DNA of 63,805 nt, counting the filler, from Chiloscyllium plagiosum (taxonomy: Eukaryota): the NCBI RefSeq assembly GCF_004010195.1. It is 3 parts of one record of this genome, joined end to end, with 100 filler letters (N's around TTAATTAATTAA, not from the genome) between each part and the next. Parts side by side here need not be neighbours in the genome. Positions count along the whole stretch, not along the records: positions 44,219 to 63,805 come from NC_057711.1; 2 more parts are not named here. One strand, 5' to 3'. Under the pieces are notes generated by a model. That model searched no databases and was not told where the DNA came from. It saw nothing but the letters and a program-made list of their open reading frames with translations. Positions 50,281 through 63,805 of this stretch are shown piece after piece. The translations under genes and the position numbers were made by a program. Numbering within the stretch: position 1 is the first letter of the stretch; each line of letters begins with the position of its first letter.

Positions 50281-53200
50281 TTTTTCTCCATACCCATCCT
50301 AACTCCCTTCCATCAACAAAAAAGCTGTGATAACTAGAGACATAATGGGTCAAATGTTCAAGCGTTTGGAACAAGTAATTGTTCCCAACATTGTGTAATA
50401 GGAAATCCTTTGTTACTGATATAATTCAGGTTCAATCTGTACCCAGTTCTATGCATTTACAATTAACTAAATGTGAATCTGTAAAAGGTTAATTTGAATT
50501 GGATGCTTTAGGCCAGGTTCAACACCCACGTCACTTAATCCTGTTAAGATTAGTTACTTCACATCAGAGAGGAAATCAAATTTGGATCCTTCTTGGTTTA
50601 TATAATTTTCTGCTCTATGCAGGTGCAATTAACCCAACAACTGAAACAAAATGAGTTGTGAGTGTCATCTTTATTTTTAAGAAAGGGCTTTTCCAAATAA
50701 ATATGAGAATTCTGATCTTCAAACGATTTTGCACAGATCGCCAAGTGGATGATTTTGAATATTCAACTGACTAAACTGGGAAATAAAAGTTTGAGATGAA
50801 AGTCTATTGTATCAATAAGCTATAAATATTGCACAAACATAGAAGATTGACAAAGAATAGTAATTCTTTTAGAAAACAAGATAGGAATGATTTTGTCAAA
50901 CTTTGATGACAACATGCTCGGTTGGGTCTGCATTTATCAGACCTATTTAGGTAAAACCTGCTGCTGTCAAAAAGGAAAAATCATGTTCTCTGCCATTACA
51001 CACCCTCATGTGCTATTTCATTAAAAACATTTGCTCTCACATGCATTAAATCATCAGAATTAACCCTCATTTCTGAGTGTGTTGTTATATTTGCAGGTGC
51101 AAAGAACACATTAAAAATGCAAGTATTAAAAATGGAATTGAAGTATTCAAATGGTCAAAAGGCTTAAATATAATAATTCTGTTTAAGTGTTGTCAATGTG
51201 TATTGAATGCATTGATTTTCACATTTCTAGTATTTAGTCATTATTTTATTGCTACATTGTACTTTCAAAAAACGTTTATTTACATGAAACTGGCAAGTTG
51301 GACATCAGAGGGAGATTATTTGAATGTGGAGCCTGGATATTAATGCCTCTGTCCATGTTGGAGTTTGGGATAATTTAAAAATATTAGCTGGGATCTAATT
51401 TCCACCCCCATTCCTATCTTGTGTGATTTTTATGGCCTCAGGATGAACACATTGGTAGTTCCTTGCTGGGAAATGCATTTCGAAGCCTCTCCACCCAGCA
51501 AAATTTGATATTGTTGTGCTTTTACAGGGAATGAAGCTTACAGCTCTACAAGGGAGTTGAGATCCATGAAAAGATGCCTAGACTGGAGGCAGGAACTTTT
51601 CACTGTAAAGCTTTAAAGATTCTGCCAGCTTCACAAGTTATGTTTGGATAGTATATGATAATTAGCCTTCCTAATGGTGCCGTGAGCACTTGCCTAATGG
51701 CCTCTACTGCACATCGTCTCGTGTATACAAGGAGGCAGTTCACTATTACCTTCTCAAGAGCAATTAAGGATGGGCAATAAATGATGCCCAAACCAGTGTT
51801 GCTCGCATCCAATGTATAAACAACATGACTTGATGTGGTGATTGGTGGTAGGAACATGTTCGTAAAATGTAAGTAAAATTAAATTGGATAGAATTGTAGA
51901 AGTGTATAGTACATGTGCATTAGAGCACTCTATCCATTCTACAGTATGAAAGATCAGGTATCAAAGTGTGTCACAAACTTGGTGCTTTGATTTTCAGATT
52001 GATTAAATGTCATGTATTCTTCCTGCATCCATTCATAGAGGACCAGGAAGCTCATCAGAAAGTTGGCTTCATTGATACCTTGTCCATTAATTTAATCAAC
52101 TTCAAAGGTTTCAACGTAGACAGTTTTTGAAGTTTGTTGACAAGGCTATGCATGGAATTCTATTCTGAATGTTTGGTGAAACCTCAAACCCACAAATGCA
52201 TTCAGCTCTGCATGGTATTGCTTCCAACAATGAAGAGCAGTTTTAGATTTGTTTGATTCACTGTGTCACTCTGACCTTTTAATAAATTTATATTTCTTTA
52301 ACTTGTTTTAGCAATGCACCAATGTTTATTTGGACAAGATTTAAAAGTGTTGAGAGCATTAAAGATTTTTTTTAAGAAAGGGATGCAGCATGACTGTTTG
52401 AATTACAATTTTATAAGTTGTGAGAATTATGTTTCTGTCACTTGTTATGAGTGAATGTCTAATTATTGCGATGGTTTTGTGAACATTTCAAAGACTTGTT
52501 AGTGTTATTATAGGACTAATTTGTTCTGTATCCAGGGGGTGGACCGGAGAACTGAATGCATACTGGAGCATGTGGTACTTGGGCAGCATGAGTGATATGA
52601 AGGCAAGTGGAATCATTGGGCCTTAGTTAGAAGGGGAAGAGGCAGCATGGGGTGTGGATGAATTGGTGAGGGAGTGAAGGATGAATATTGGGAAACTTAA
52701 CAACCATGCTGAGAACTGCTACTTCTCCTGCTACATGTTTCAGGCAGCGGTGGGTCACCTCCTCAGGATGAAGACATAGTGACAGTCTTGCTAGGATAGA
52801 GGCAAGATCATGGAGTCAAGAAAATTTCCAATTCCCTATTTCATTTCAATGTTGTGAAGCTGGCTCTGGGGGTCCAATCACAGGAGATTTGTCTGATCAT
52901 AGGGGTCTAATTGCAGACATGTAAGGAAGAATCACAAGTTTATTTGGTCAGCCAAGCGAAGCATTTCCTCTCATCTTGTCCCAGAATCTGTACCAGTAAG
53001 GTACTAACCTGTTCACATCCCATCAGTCACCAGATATCCTGAGGTTTCGAAAACTCAGCTGGCCAATGTTAAATCAAAAACAGAGAAAATATGTGAGGGA
53101 AGCAGCCTCATTAAAATATTTAAGCAATAGATCCAACAACTGGAGACATTCAGACACTTGTCCAACAACCACCCCCCATTAAACTACAAGTGGTCATGTT

Positions 53201-54132
53201 GGGATTGGATTTACCATTTTAAAACTTTTAACAATCTCCTTCCCCAGCCATCCCCAGGGTTAAAATTTGTCATTGCTGAATAAAAATCATCATGCAAAGT
53301 ATTTATCACAGCAGTCAATGTGTCATCCAAACAGAGTCATTTTTACTTACCAGGCCAAAGTGCAGCAGATTCCCAAAGGGTACAACGTAAGTGCTTGAGA
53401 GAAACCTACAGGGATTTGCACCCCTGTTCACACATTTTTTTAACACGACTGAATCTGAGTAGTTCTCAAAGTGCCACAACCCCGACATTACTTTGCATGC
53501 AAGTATTGTATCATGCTTTAGATTTATTATGACATGACAACCAAATAAAAAAATGTTGATGGGTTAAAATGTCAGGTTTTAATATTTTCTTTCACTTGTT
53601 TGGAGTGATAACGTCAAGCTGTTCGGTGGTCATGGGTGTAAAAGCATTAAAGTTATATAGTTGGAGAATGGACCAGAACCATTAGATACACAGTCAGGTT
53701 CCACAGACCTCTGAATGTTTTGGTGAGGACACAATTGTACAGGCAAGCAACCAGAAAACTGTGAATCAAACACAAAGCTTACTTCTTGGTGCCATAATAT
53801 AGCGACTAATGTGCAGCCTTGAAGTCAATAAAATATAAAGGAAGCAATGTTGCTAATATATTTTGTTTGATAATCATACTTTGCACATTTTTAATATTTA
53901 TTTTCTTTGCTTTTCATTTAAAGTTGAGCTTGGGCTTTGCATTTATATGACATTAAAATAATCTTTACATTGAATACAGTTTAAACTACATTTCAATAGA
54001 TATTGCACTAATAGCTGAAGCTGTCATCACATGGACATTTGCTCAGCAGGAAGGCATAAACATTACTGACAGCCAGTATTTTGTTAAGGGACAGTAATTT
54101 CATTTAAACGTCTGTCAGTTCTCAGGGATGCA

Positions 54133-54236
54133 TGGAGATGAATAGACTCTAAACAATAGTCGCATTTGTCACACCACCAGCTTCCCTAATACTCGATGGG
54201 ACAATCAGGCTAAACCATGCTGAATACAAAGGCATA
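54133..54236 (+). repeat. ~100-bp dispersed direct repeat, copy 1
   Basis: tggagatgaatagac.ctaaacaat...catttgtcacaccacc.gcttccctaatactcga.gggacaa...accatgct.aatacaaaggcata also occurs at 57708-57802. Confidence 0.85.
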
Positions 54237-57200
54237 ATTAATCAAACGGACAAATGGCACAAATTGTTCTAGTGTGCTTTATAGTGGTCTGGGATTTCCA
54301 TGGAAACACTGGCTTCAGCATCCACGTTAATGACCACTGTTTCTAATCAAGTGCAAAGCATAGAGAGTGGAGCTGTCAGGTAGAATCATCCTTTAACAAT
54401 TTTTGAATTGTATTTCACTATTAAAGCTTTCCTTTTGACAAGATAATACTTGGCATAATCTTTTCAACACTGCATTTTAAATAAATTGTAAATTAATACA
54501 TATGTCAACAGAGAATATTATAAGATTAATTGACAATAGATTTATGTTATAAATATTACAACATTCATTTTATTTCATAATTATATTTGAAACAACTGTG
54601 CAAAATTAAGTAAAGCCATGACTAATCATTGTGAAATTGTTACACAGCATCAAAATAGAAATATCATTAAAAGATGGGACATATTAGATGAATTCACTAT
54701 TCTTAGGATAAAATTTCTTGTTTTTATTTGAAACAGTAGATTTTGTTTCAGTTAGTAAATAAGTATATACTCTCTAAGGCAAAGTAAATTCAAATGATTA
54801 AAACCAAGGGCCATTTTGTTATCTTTCATTTTATTTTCAGAAAACAATAGATATGGGCACACATTGACAGATGTTGTATTTATCAGATTCTGGCTGCAGA
54901 GGTGCTGAATTTAGTTGCGGAGATGAACAGGTTAAAGCTAAAAATCAATCAAAAGTATATTTCTTATATGACAGATGGATTAAGAACTGATGAACCTTTC
55001 ATGTCTATGACAGCAATCGCACAGTGACCTCAGCCTGTACTTTGGAGTACATTTAGAATTAATTCTGATTAGATCAAATCCCACTTGATATTAAAGAAGT
55101 TCCAGTTACTGCTTACAACACTCCTAATTGCTCTTGATCAAACTCTAAAATCATTCCCGATAGAAATTTTAAGACCTAAGTTTTGTTGCCATCAACTTAA
55201 AGTCAAAAATCCACCAAACCCCCCATATTGACTAATTGTTATGAAAGAACAATATGCTTTTGTCTACATGATTGCATGTCAGAACTTAAACACATTTGTT
55301 TTTTCAGTTAGCATTGGAAAGTATTTGTACTAAATGCAGGTGATTGTTTTATTTGGATGTTCATTAGTGTCTTAAGCAAAATTTGTTATAATTGAAATTC
55401 TGTACATTTTGTGATCAATTGATAATGTTTCTAGCCAGAAACAAAATTGTAAATTTTAGGATCAGGGCAGGTTTGAAAATCATGTGCTGTTGGACCTGGA
55501 TGGTCAGGAACAGAAACTTTGTAAATAAAAAAAAAGCTATCACTGCATATCAAGAGATTCATTTTAATCATTAATAAATGTGAAAATGATGATAAAAATT
55601 AATAAAATTTTTCTTCTCTAAAATGATCATTTTTAAAAATCTTGTCTTTCATGATACTACATACTTTTTAAAAACTTAATAACAATAAGCTAAATGTAAC
55701 TGTGTAAATGATGTTACATCATAAATAATATAACAGAGCAAAAATAAATTCCAAGTGACTTTAGGACCAGGGTCAAATCATAATAACCTTTATGTATATA
55801 ATACCTTCCCTTTAAAAGTGATCAAGAGCACTTCAACAAAGTGTACTCAAACTAAAATTAACATTTTTCCAAAACAGATCATTATCCAATCAGTATTTAT
55901 TCTGTCAGTCAGTGTTTGGACATAGAATTGCTGGGTTATGGAGAGGTCATTCTTGATCTCCACCCTGCCTCTCCACTCTCACGTTTGGGAGATGAAGCTG
56001 AGAGCAGTTCACTTGCACCTGGTAGAAAGACCGTCAGCATGCCTGTGTTGTCCAAAGGGCTCTACTGCAGTGACACTATCCCTATATTTGGGCCAGGAGC
56101 CCCAGGTTCAAGTCTCACCTGTTCCGGTGGTGTATAATAACCTCTCTGAACATGTTGGTTGTGAGATTTCTGTCTGGACTGTTAGCCACAAACATACCCC
56201 TAACCAAACCTCCAGTGCTAACAGAGTCCACTGCGAAGAAGGCTTCCTAATGTCTGGCCCCAAAACGTGAACAATATCAGAGCATAGTGCAGCGGAGGGA
56301 AAGAAAAAAACCTATTGAGAGCACTTTATTGACAGAGGTGATGCTGTGCTGCACAAAAATTATCAAGTTTTACCGATGTAATTATCTTTGTATTACATAT
56401 TTTTGCTTAATTCTCTATGTAGTCCAGAATGTAACTATGCCAGCACAATGTCTAACTCCATGTCTATTCAGGATGGACCACTGATCAATTCTGTGCTGAA
56501 AGTCTGCTGCAGCATGTTTTAATATGCAAGATGAATAAGACGTAGATAGGCCTCTGCTGACCCTTTGGACCTCACCCTGAAACATGCTTATAGTTCCCCT
56601 GGCTTCTGCACCCAAAGAGCTGGTACCAATCAGTTGTCACTGATGTCTGTGTAGGGATGTGTACAGGGAGCTAATGTATTAGGATGACCACAAGTTGAGT
56701 ACCTTTCAGGTCTGTCTCCTGTACAATACATAGGTCCATTTGCAATATTTCCCTTTAAAGGGCCTTATGTTAGCATGTCATACAGCCGTCCTGCCTCACA
56801 GGATGAGACACTGACCCCGCCTATCCAAGATGTGCTTGCAACCATTTTCCTTCCCATTATTACTTTCATTTTCCAGTATGATGGGAGACAACCATGAGCA
56901 ATCTTTTGTCAGTGGAATCCAGCCACATGTCAGTGAGGCTCTGAATATCGAGATCCCGTTCCTGTGAACCCTCACCAAATCTGGAATCCACCCTGACTTC
57001 ACCTTCCCACTGCTGCCCCAGTCCCAGGATCCTGGTATGTGAGGTGAGGTCAATCACTGCCTCCCCACCCCACACCACCCCACCTCACCTTAGGCAGGGT
57101 GCTCCTGACCATCGATGACACCCTGTCCTGCTAAACCCAGTCCTCATCCACTCATCTTTCTGTACCCTACCCCCTTCTTGAAAATACAGATCCCTCCTTC

Positions 57201-57707
57201 ACAATAGTTATTCACTTTCTCCCCAATCTAGCAACCTGCCTGGGAGTTGAATTGGATACAACTTGCTGACAAAAAGATTTTTCGAAAAGAAATCCAAACC
57301 TAATATTGATAAAAGAGCCATATTGGTGGCTGGGTAAAACAATTAAATTTATGTGTTACTAGTGGAGTGAAAGAACTAAAGAAACACAGAGTCTCATTCA
57401 ACCATGAAGTAATGCCATTCCATTCTCTGGAGTGGTATCACAGACCTTCCTTGCCTTGCAGTGCTGGGACCCCTTGACTGACAGGTGCTTCTGTGGACTT
57501 TGCTAAATACTACTGCCCAAAGTCTTTGAGATGTGGCTGTTTGGTCTCTACACAAACAGTATGTTGTCACAGTGTAGATGTAAGATTGACATAACATAGG
57601 CATAGCCGTAAAGTAAGATATATGCCCTTTGACTGAGGACTGCTGACCAGCAAAGTCAGCTGCTTCATTGTGGGACTGCTCTAACAGGCAAGGCAAGCAG
57701 GAATGAT

Positions 57708-57802
57708 TGGAGATGAATAGACACTAAACAATTGACACATTTGTCACACCACCGGCTTCCCTAATACTCGAAGGGACAAACCATGCTCAATACAAAGGCA
57801 TA
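57708..57802 (+). repeat. ~100-bp dispersed direct repeat, copy 2 (9 bp shorter)
   Basis: See copy 1. Confidence 0.85.
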
Positions 57803-58720
57803 CCTGTTGGTGCAAGTAAAATGGTCCAGTAGCCATTGAAAGCTAGTTGCCGATGCTCCTGGCAATGCAAATCTGCACTTCATAAATGGCCTGCAATTAG
57901 ATTGGTGAGGTGTCATGGTGGTCTTCAAGAATTGGAAAATGTCTGTGGAGAAGGGGAGCATGCAGATGATGGCCATCAATCATTTCCTGAAATACTGTTT
58001 GGTGCTGAGCAAAATGGAAGCTCCTCACAGACAGCAGTGAGCTGAAGTTGCCTGATGCTCGCTCTGACTTCCATGGTGGGAATTTTCAATGTTTAGCTTG
58101 TTGATGCATTTTGTAAGATAAGAAGCTAACCTGAATGAGGTGAGTTTAAAGAAGGTGTTGAACAAGCTATAATTCATCTTTTTCGACAACTTGCTGCTCC
58201 TAGTGAAAAATTCCCCTTGCCGCTCTCTCAATGTATAGTTGTTTCTGACATCAAGATAGACCTCAGTGAACATCCTGCCTGATTCTGCCAAAAATCATGC
58301 CATAGCCCATAAAGATCAGGCTCTAAAGATTGAAATCTTAAGGTAGAATTAAGTTACTCAGGAGTGAAATCAGGAGGACTTTTTTTTCAGAAAGGGCAAA
58401 CATTTTGTGGAATTCTCTTACACAAAAGGCAATAGATGTTAGCTCAATTGGAAGTTTTAACACAGGTATTATATTTTTATTTGACAAGGTTATCAGAGAA
58501 TTTGGAGCAAAGGTAGGTAAATGGAGTTAATGTACAGATCAGACATAAGTTAATTGAATAATGGAACATACTCACTGAATGATGTTCCCATTTCCCAATG
58601 TACAGTTAACACAGGACTGCACAAGAAGAGCCAAAGAATTTTGGCACTACATTTTTTTAACAATATATATTGTATTAATGCTACATCTTCAATTTTCTAT
58701 TTGGCACTAAATCATCATAA

Positions 58721-59023
58721 ATTAGATTAGATTACAGCGTGGAAACAGGCCCTTCGGCCCAACAAGTCCACACCGACCCGCCGAAGCGCAACCCACCCAC
58801 GCCCCTACATTTACCCCTTACCTAGCACTACGGACAATTTAGCATGGCCAATTCACCTGACCTGCACATCTTTGGACTGTGGGAGGAAACCGGAGTACCT
58901 GGAGGAAACCCACGCAGACACGGGGAGAACGTGCAAACTCCACACAGTCAGTCGCCTGAGGCGGGAACTGAACCCGGGTCTCAGGTGCTGTGAGGCAGCA
59001 GTGCTAACCACCGTGCCACCGTG
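58721..59023 (-). mobile_element. Near full-length, young HE1-like V-SINE
   Basis: tRNA head GGTGGCACGGTGGTTAGCACTGCTGCCTCACAGC...GGTTCAGTTCC, V-domain, CR1-type tail ending in (CTAAT)n; CpGs retained. Confidence 0.9.
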
Positions 59024-59824
59024 GATCCAAATGATATATGATACTTTTGAAGTTGAATGTAATTGTAAGATGTGTGTATAGCTGGAAAAAAAAGTTAAAA
59101 TACATCATTATGTTTGAAAATGTGTATTTGTTTTATCACTCATTTCTTTAAGAAACAACTGCTTTTTAGGGATAAAGTCTGTGTTTAAACTGGTTTCGGT
59201 CAGATGCATTTCACATTTATGGAAAAATCTCATGCTCTCATTTACCACAGTTCACTAAACTAGTTCTCATATTACTGTACCTAGCTGTTGTTTAAATTAA
59301 AAATAAATTAACAAGTGTATAGAAATAGAAACTAAACTATCTACAATATTTTAAAAGTCATTTCTTTAGTGGTAGAATTCATTAATGTTGAGCCAAATTA
59401 TTTGTATTCCTCATATTAACATTCTATCATGTTAGCTATATCAATATTACTCTCTATTCCTGTACAATGGAATACACCTGCCCTGACAGTTATTTCACAT
59501 GTCCAGTTGAGAGCCAGTGAAAATTAACCCAACTGTAGCAAACTGGGTTTTGAGATGTAGGCAACCCTGTCTTTATCAAACTCAGTCACCTAAATGAAAG
59601 AAGAGTAGTGCACAGAATTTGAGGTGACTTAAAAAATATATCTGAATCAATTATTTTTAGATTGATGATGTCAGTCCCAAGAAAGCCACTGAAGCTTGAA
59701 TTTTTTTCAGAGCAGTAATGCAGTGAATAAACATTTTGTGTGATTTCTGGGAGTATAGCGTCCTTTCATAAAAAAAAAAGAAAGACAAACTGAACTTGTT
59801 CCATTAGTTGATATGGGCATTTTG

Positions 59825-60324
59825 NNNNNNNNNNNNNNNNNNNNNNNNNNNNNNNNNNNNNNNNNNNNNNNNNNNNNNNNNNNNNNNNNNNNNNNNNNNN
59901 NNNNNNNNNNNNNNNNNNNNNNNNNNNNNNNNNNNNNNNNNNNNNNNNNNNNNNNNNNNNNNNNNNNNNNNNNNNNNNNNNNNNNNNNNNNNNNNNNNNN
60001 NNNNNNNNNNNNNNNNNNNNNNNNNNNNNNNNNNNNNNNNNNNNNNNNNNNNNNNNNNNNNNNNNNNNNNNNNNNNNNNNNNNNNNNNNNNNNNNNNNNN
60101 NNNNNNNNNNNNNNNNNNNNNNNNNNNNNNNNNNNNNNNNNNNNNNNNNNNNNNNNNNNNNNNNNNNNNNNNNNNNNNNNNNNNNNNNNNNNNNNNNNNN
60201 NNNNNNNNNNNNNNNNNNNNNNNNNNNNNNNNNNNNNNNNNNNNNNNNNNNNNNNNNNNNNNNNNNNNNNNNNNNNNNNNNNNNNNNNNNNNNNNNNNNN
60301 NNNNNNNNNNNNNNNNNNNNNNNN
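59825..60324. other. Assembly gap (500 N)
   Basis: N run preceding the satellite. Confidence 0.99.
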
Positions 60325-63300
60325 CCACCACACCGTGCTACTGTGAGACCACCACACAGTGCTGCTGAGAGCCACCACACCGTGCTGCTGTGAGACCACC
60401 ACACCGTGCTGCTGTGAGACCACCACACCGTGCTACTGAGAGACCATGACACCGTGCTACTGAGAGACCACCACACCGTGCTGCTGTGAGACCATCACAC
60501 CGTGCTACTGAGAGACCACCACACCGTGCTACTGAGGGACCACCTCACCGTGCTGCTGAGAGACCACCACACCGTGCTGCTGTGAGACCACCAGACCGTG
60601 CTCCTGAGAGTCCACCACACCGTGCTGCTGTGAGACCATCACATCGTGCTACTGAGAGACCACCACACCGTGCTGCTGAGAGACAACCACACCGTGCCGC
60701 TGTGAGACCACCACACCGTGCTACTGAGTGACCACCTCACCGTGCTACTGAGAGACCACCACACCGTGCTACTGAGAGACCACCACACCGTGCTGCTGAG
60801 AGACCACCACACCGTGCTGCTGAGAGACCACCAGACCGTGCTCCTGAGAGACCACCACACCGTGCTGCTGTGAGACCACCACACCATGCTACTGTGAGAC
60901 CACCACACCGTGTTACTGAGAGACCACCACACCGTGCGACTGAGAGACCACCACACCGTGCTCTTGAGAGATCAACGCACCATATTACTGAGAGACCACC
61001 ACATCGTGCTGCTGAGGGACCACCACACTGTGTTACTGAGTGACCACCACACCATGTTACTGATAGTCCACCACAATGTGCTGCTGAGAGCCCACCACAC
61101 CGTGCTACTGAGAGACCACCACAATGTGCTGCTGAGAGACCACCACACCGTGCTACTGAGAGATAACCACAATGTTCTGCTGAGAGAACACCACACCGTG
61201 CTGCTGAGAGACCACCACACCGTGCAGCTGAGAGACCACCACACCGTGCTGCTGAGAGACAACCACACCGTGCCGCTGTGAGACCACCACACCGTGCTAC
61301 TGAGTGACCACCACACCGTGCTGCTGAGAGATCACCACACCGTGCTACTGAGAGACCATCACACCGTGCTACTGAGAGATCACCACACCGTGCTACTGAG
61401 AGACCACCACACAGTGCTGCTGTGAGAACATCACACCGTGCTACTGAGAGACAACCACACCGTGCGACTGTGAGACCGCCACACTGTGCTGCTGAGAGAT
61501 CACCACACCGTGCGACTGTGAGACCGCCACACTGTGCTGCTGAGAGACCTCCACACCGTGGTACTCACACCGTGCTGCTGAGAGACCACCACACCGTGCT
61601 GCTGAGAGACCACCAGACCGTGCTGCTGAGAGTCCACCACACCGTGCTGCTGTGAAACCATCACACCGTGCTGCTGTGAGACCACCACACCGTGCTACTG
61701 AGAGACCACCACACCGTGCTACTGCGAGACCACCACACCGTGCAGCTGAGAGAACAACACACCGTGCTACTGTGAGACCACCACACCGTGCTACTGAGAG
61801 ACCACCACACCGTGCTGCTGAGAGACCACCACACTGTGCTACTGAGAGACCACCACACCGTGCTACTGACAGACCACCGCACCGTGCTGCTGAGAGACCA
61901 CCACACCGTGCTACTGAGAGCCACCACACCGTGCTACTGACAGACCACCACCCCGTGCTGCTGAGAGATCACCACACCGTGCTGCTGAGAGATCACCACA
62001 CCATGCTACTAAGGGACCACCACACCGTGCTGCTGAGAGACCACCACACCGTGCTGCTGAGAGACCATCACACTGTGCTGCTGAGAGACCACCACACCGT
62101 GCTGCTGAGAGACCACCACACCTTGCTGCTGTGAGACCACCACACCGTTCTGCTGTGAGACCACCACACAGTGCTGCTGCGAGACCACCACACCGTGTTA
62201 TTGTGAGACCACCACATGTTGCTGCTGAGGGATCATCACACCGTGCTGCTGTGAGACCACCACACCGTGCAGCTGAGAGACCACCACACCGTGCTGCTGA
62301 GAGACCATCACAACATGCTACTGTGAGACCACCACACCGTGCTACTGAGAGACCACCAAACCGTGCTACTGTGCGACCACCACACCGTGCTGCTGTGAGA
62401 CCACCACACCGTGCCGCTGGAAGACCACCACACCGTGGTACGAAGGGAACACCACACCGTGCTACTGTGAGACCATGACACCGTGCTACTGAGAGACCAC
62501 CACACCGTGCTGCTGTGACTGAGAGACCACCACTCCGTGCTACTGAAAGACCACCACACCGTGCTACTGTGAGACCACCACTCCGTGCTGCTGAGAGACC
62601 ATCACATCGTGCTACTGAGAGACCATCACACCGTGCTACCGAGAGACCACCCCACCGTGCTACTGTGAGACCACCACACCGTGCTGCTGAGAGACCAACA
62701 CACCGTGCTACTGAGAGACCACCACACCGTGCTACTATGAGACCACCACACTGTGCTGCTGAGAGACCACCACACCGTGCTGCTGTGAGACCACCACACC
62801 GTGCTGCTGAGAGACCACTACACCATGCTACTAAGGGACCACCACACCGTGCTGCTGAGAGACAACCACACCGTGATACTGAGAGACCACCACACCATGC
62901 TGCTGAGAGACCATCACACTGTGCTGCTGAGATAACCACCACACCATGCTGCTGAGAGACCACCACACCGTGCTCCTGAGAGACCACCACACCGTGCTAC
63001 TGAGAGACCACCACACCATGCTCCTGAGAGACCACCACAACTTGCTGTTGTGAGACCACCACACCGTGCTACTGAGAGACCACCACACCGTGTTACTGAG
63101 AGACCACCACACCGTGCTACTGAGAGACCACCACACCGTGTTACTGAGAGACCACCACACCGTGCTCCTGAGATACCACCACACCGTGCTACTGTGGGAC
63201 CATCACACCGTTCTGCTGTGAGACCACCACACAGTGCTGCTGAGAGAACACCACACCGTGTTATTGTGAGACCACCACATGTTGCTGCTGAGGGATCATC

Positions 63301-63805
63301 ACACCGTGCTGCTTGTGAGACCACCACACCGTGCTACTGAGAGACCACCACACCGTGCTGCTGAGAGACCACCACACCTTGCTGCTGTGGGACCATCACA
63401 CCGTTCTGCTGTGAGACCACCACACAGTGCTGCTGAGAGAACACCAACCGTGCTGCTGTGAGACCACCACACCGTGCAGCTGAGAGACCACCACACCGTG
63501 CTGCTGAGAGACCAACACAACGTGTTACTGAGAGACCACCACACCGTGCTGCTGAGAGACCAACACAACGTGTTACTGAGAGACCACCACACCGTGCTAC
63601 TGAGAGACCACCATACCGTGCTGCTGAGAGACCACCACACCGTGCTGCTGAGAGACCAACACAACGTGTTACTGAGAGACCACCACACCGTGCTGCTGAG
63701 AGACCAACACAACGTGTTACTGAGAGACCACCACACCGTGCTGCTGAGAGACCACCACACCGTGCTACTGAGAGACCACCACACCGTGCTACTGAGAGAC
63801 CACCA
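60325..63805. repeat. 24-bp tandem minisatellite/satellite, consensus ACCACCACACCGTGCTRCTGWGAG, roughly 145 copies, open at both ends
   Basis: Directly visible periodicity; the 8-residue periodic ORFs in all frames follow from the 24-bp unit. Confidence 0.98.

Noticed and set aside
57804..57890. Minus-strand 87-nt AG/GT-bounded segment ending ...LHQQ, reminiscent of the end of lamin exon 10
   Set aside because: It is on the wrong strand, has an in-frame TAG in that frame and lacks the acidic tract. No homology is recognisable in the open frame.
58900..59023. tRNA gene-like A/B boxes (also near 32000, 37150 and 45850)
   Set aside because: They are SINE heads attached to repeat bodies, with no complete cloverleaf.
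60325..63805. Long ORFs with HRATERPP, ARCGGLS or STVWWSLS repeats; superficial CRISPR-like periodicity
   Set aside because: These are by-products of a 24-bp tandem unit that is open in most frames. There are no unique spacers and no cas genes, and the context is eukaryotic.

Overview
This is repeat-rich vertebrate genomic DNA. HE1-like V-SINEs and HER1/CR1 LINEs point to an elasmobranch (shark). The only recognisable host gene is lamin B1 (LMNB1) on the + strand. Coding exons 2-9 lie between 29218 and 42529, all with GT-AG introns and lengths of 157/126/171/126/221/226/105/120 nt, matching the vertebrate LMNB1 pattern as I recall it. I could not find canonical exon 1 or exons 10-11 (CaaX tail). 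The rest is decayed transposons: nested CR1 LINEs, L2-like fragments, Penelope-like elements (PLE) and many short PLE-end insertions with minimal hammerhead ribozyme motifs, SINEs, two pogo/Tigger-like MITEs and a solo LTR. There are five assembly gaps, two of them with artificial TTAATTAATTAA linkers, and a 24-bp satellite fills the last 3.5 kb. Top leads: (1) a candidate alternative promoter and first-exon pair at about 17.0-17.4 kb that would splice in frame to LMNB1 exon 2, giving a head-less, lamin C2-like lamin B1 isoform; (2) hammerhead-bearing PLE palindromes in the presumed intron 1; (3) an apparently tRNA-headed, ORF1-less LINE with short deletion derivatives. All family assignments are by eye, with no database search.
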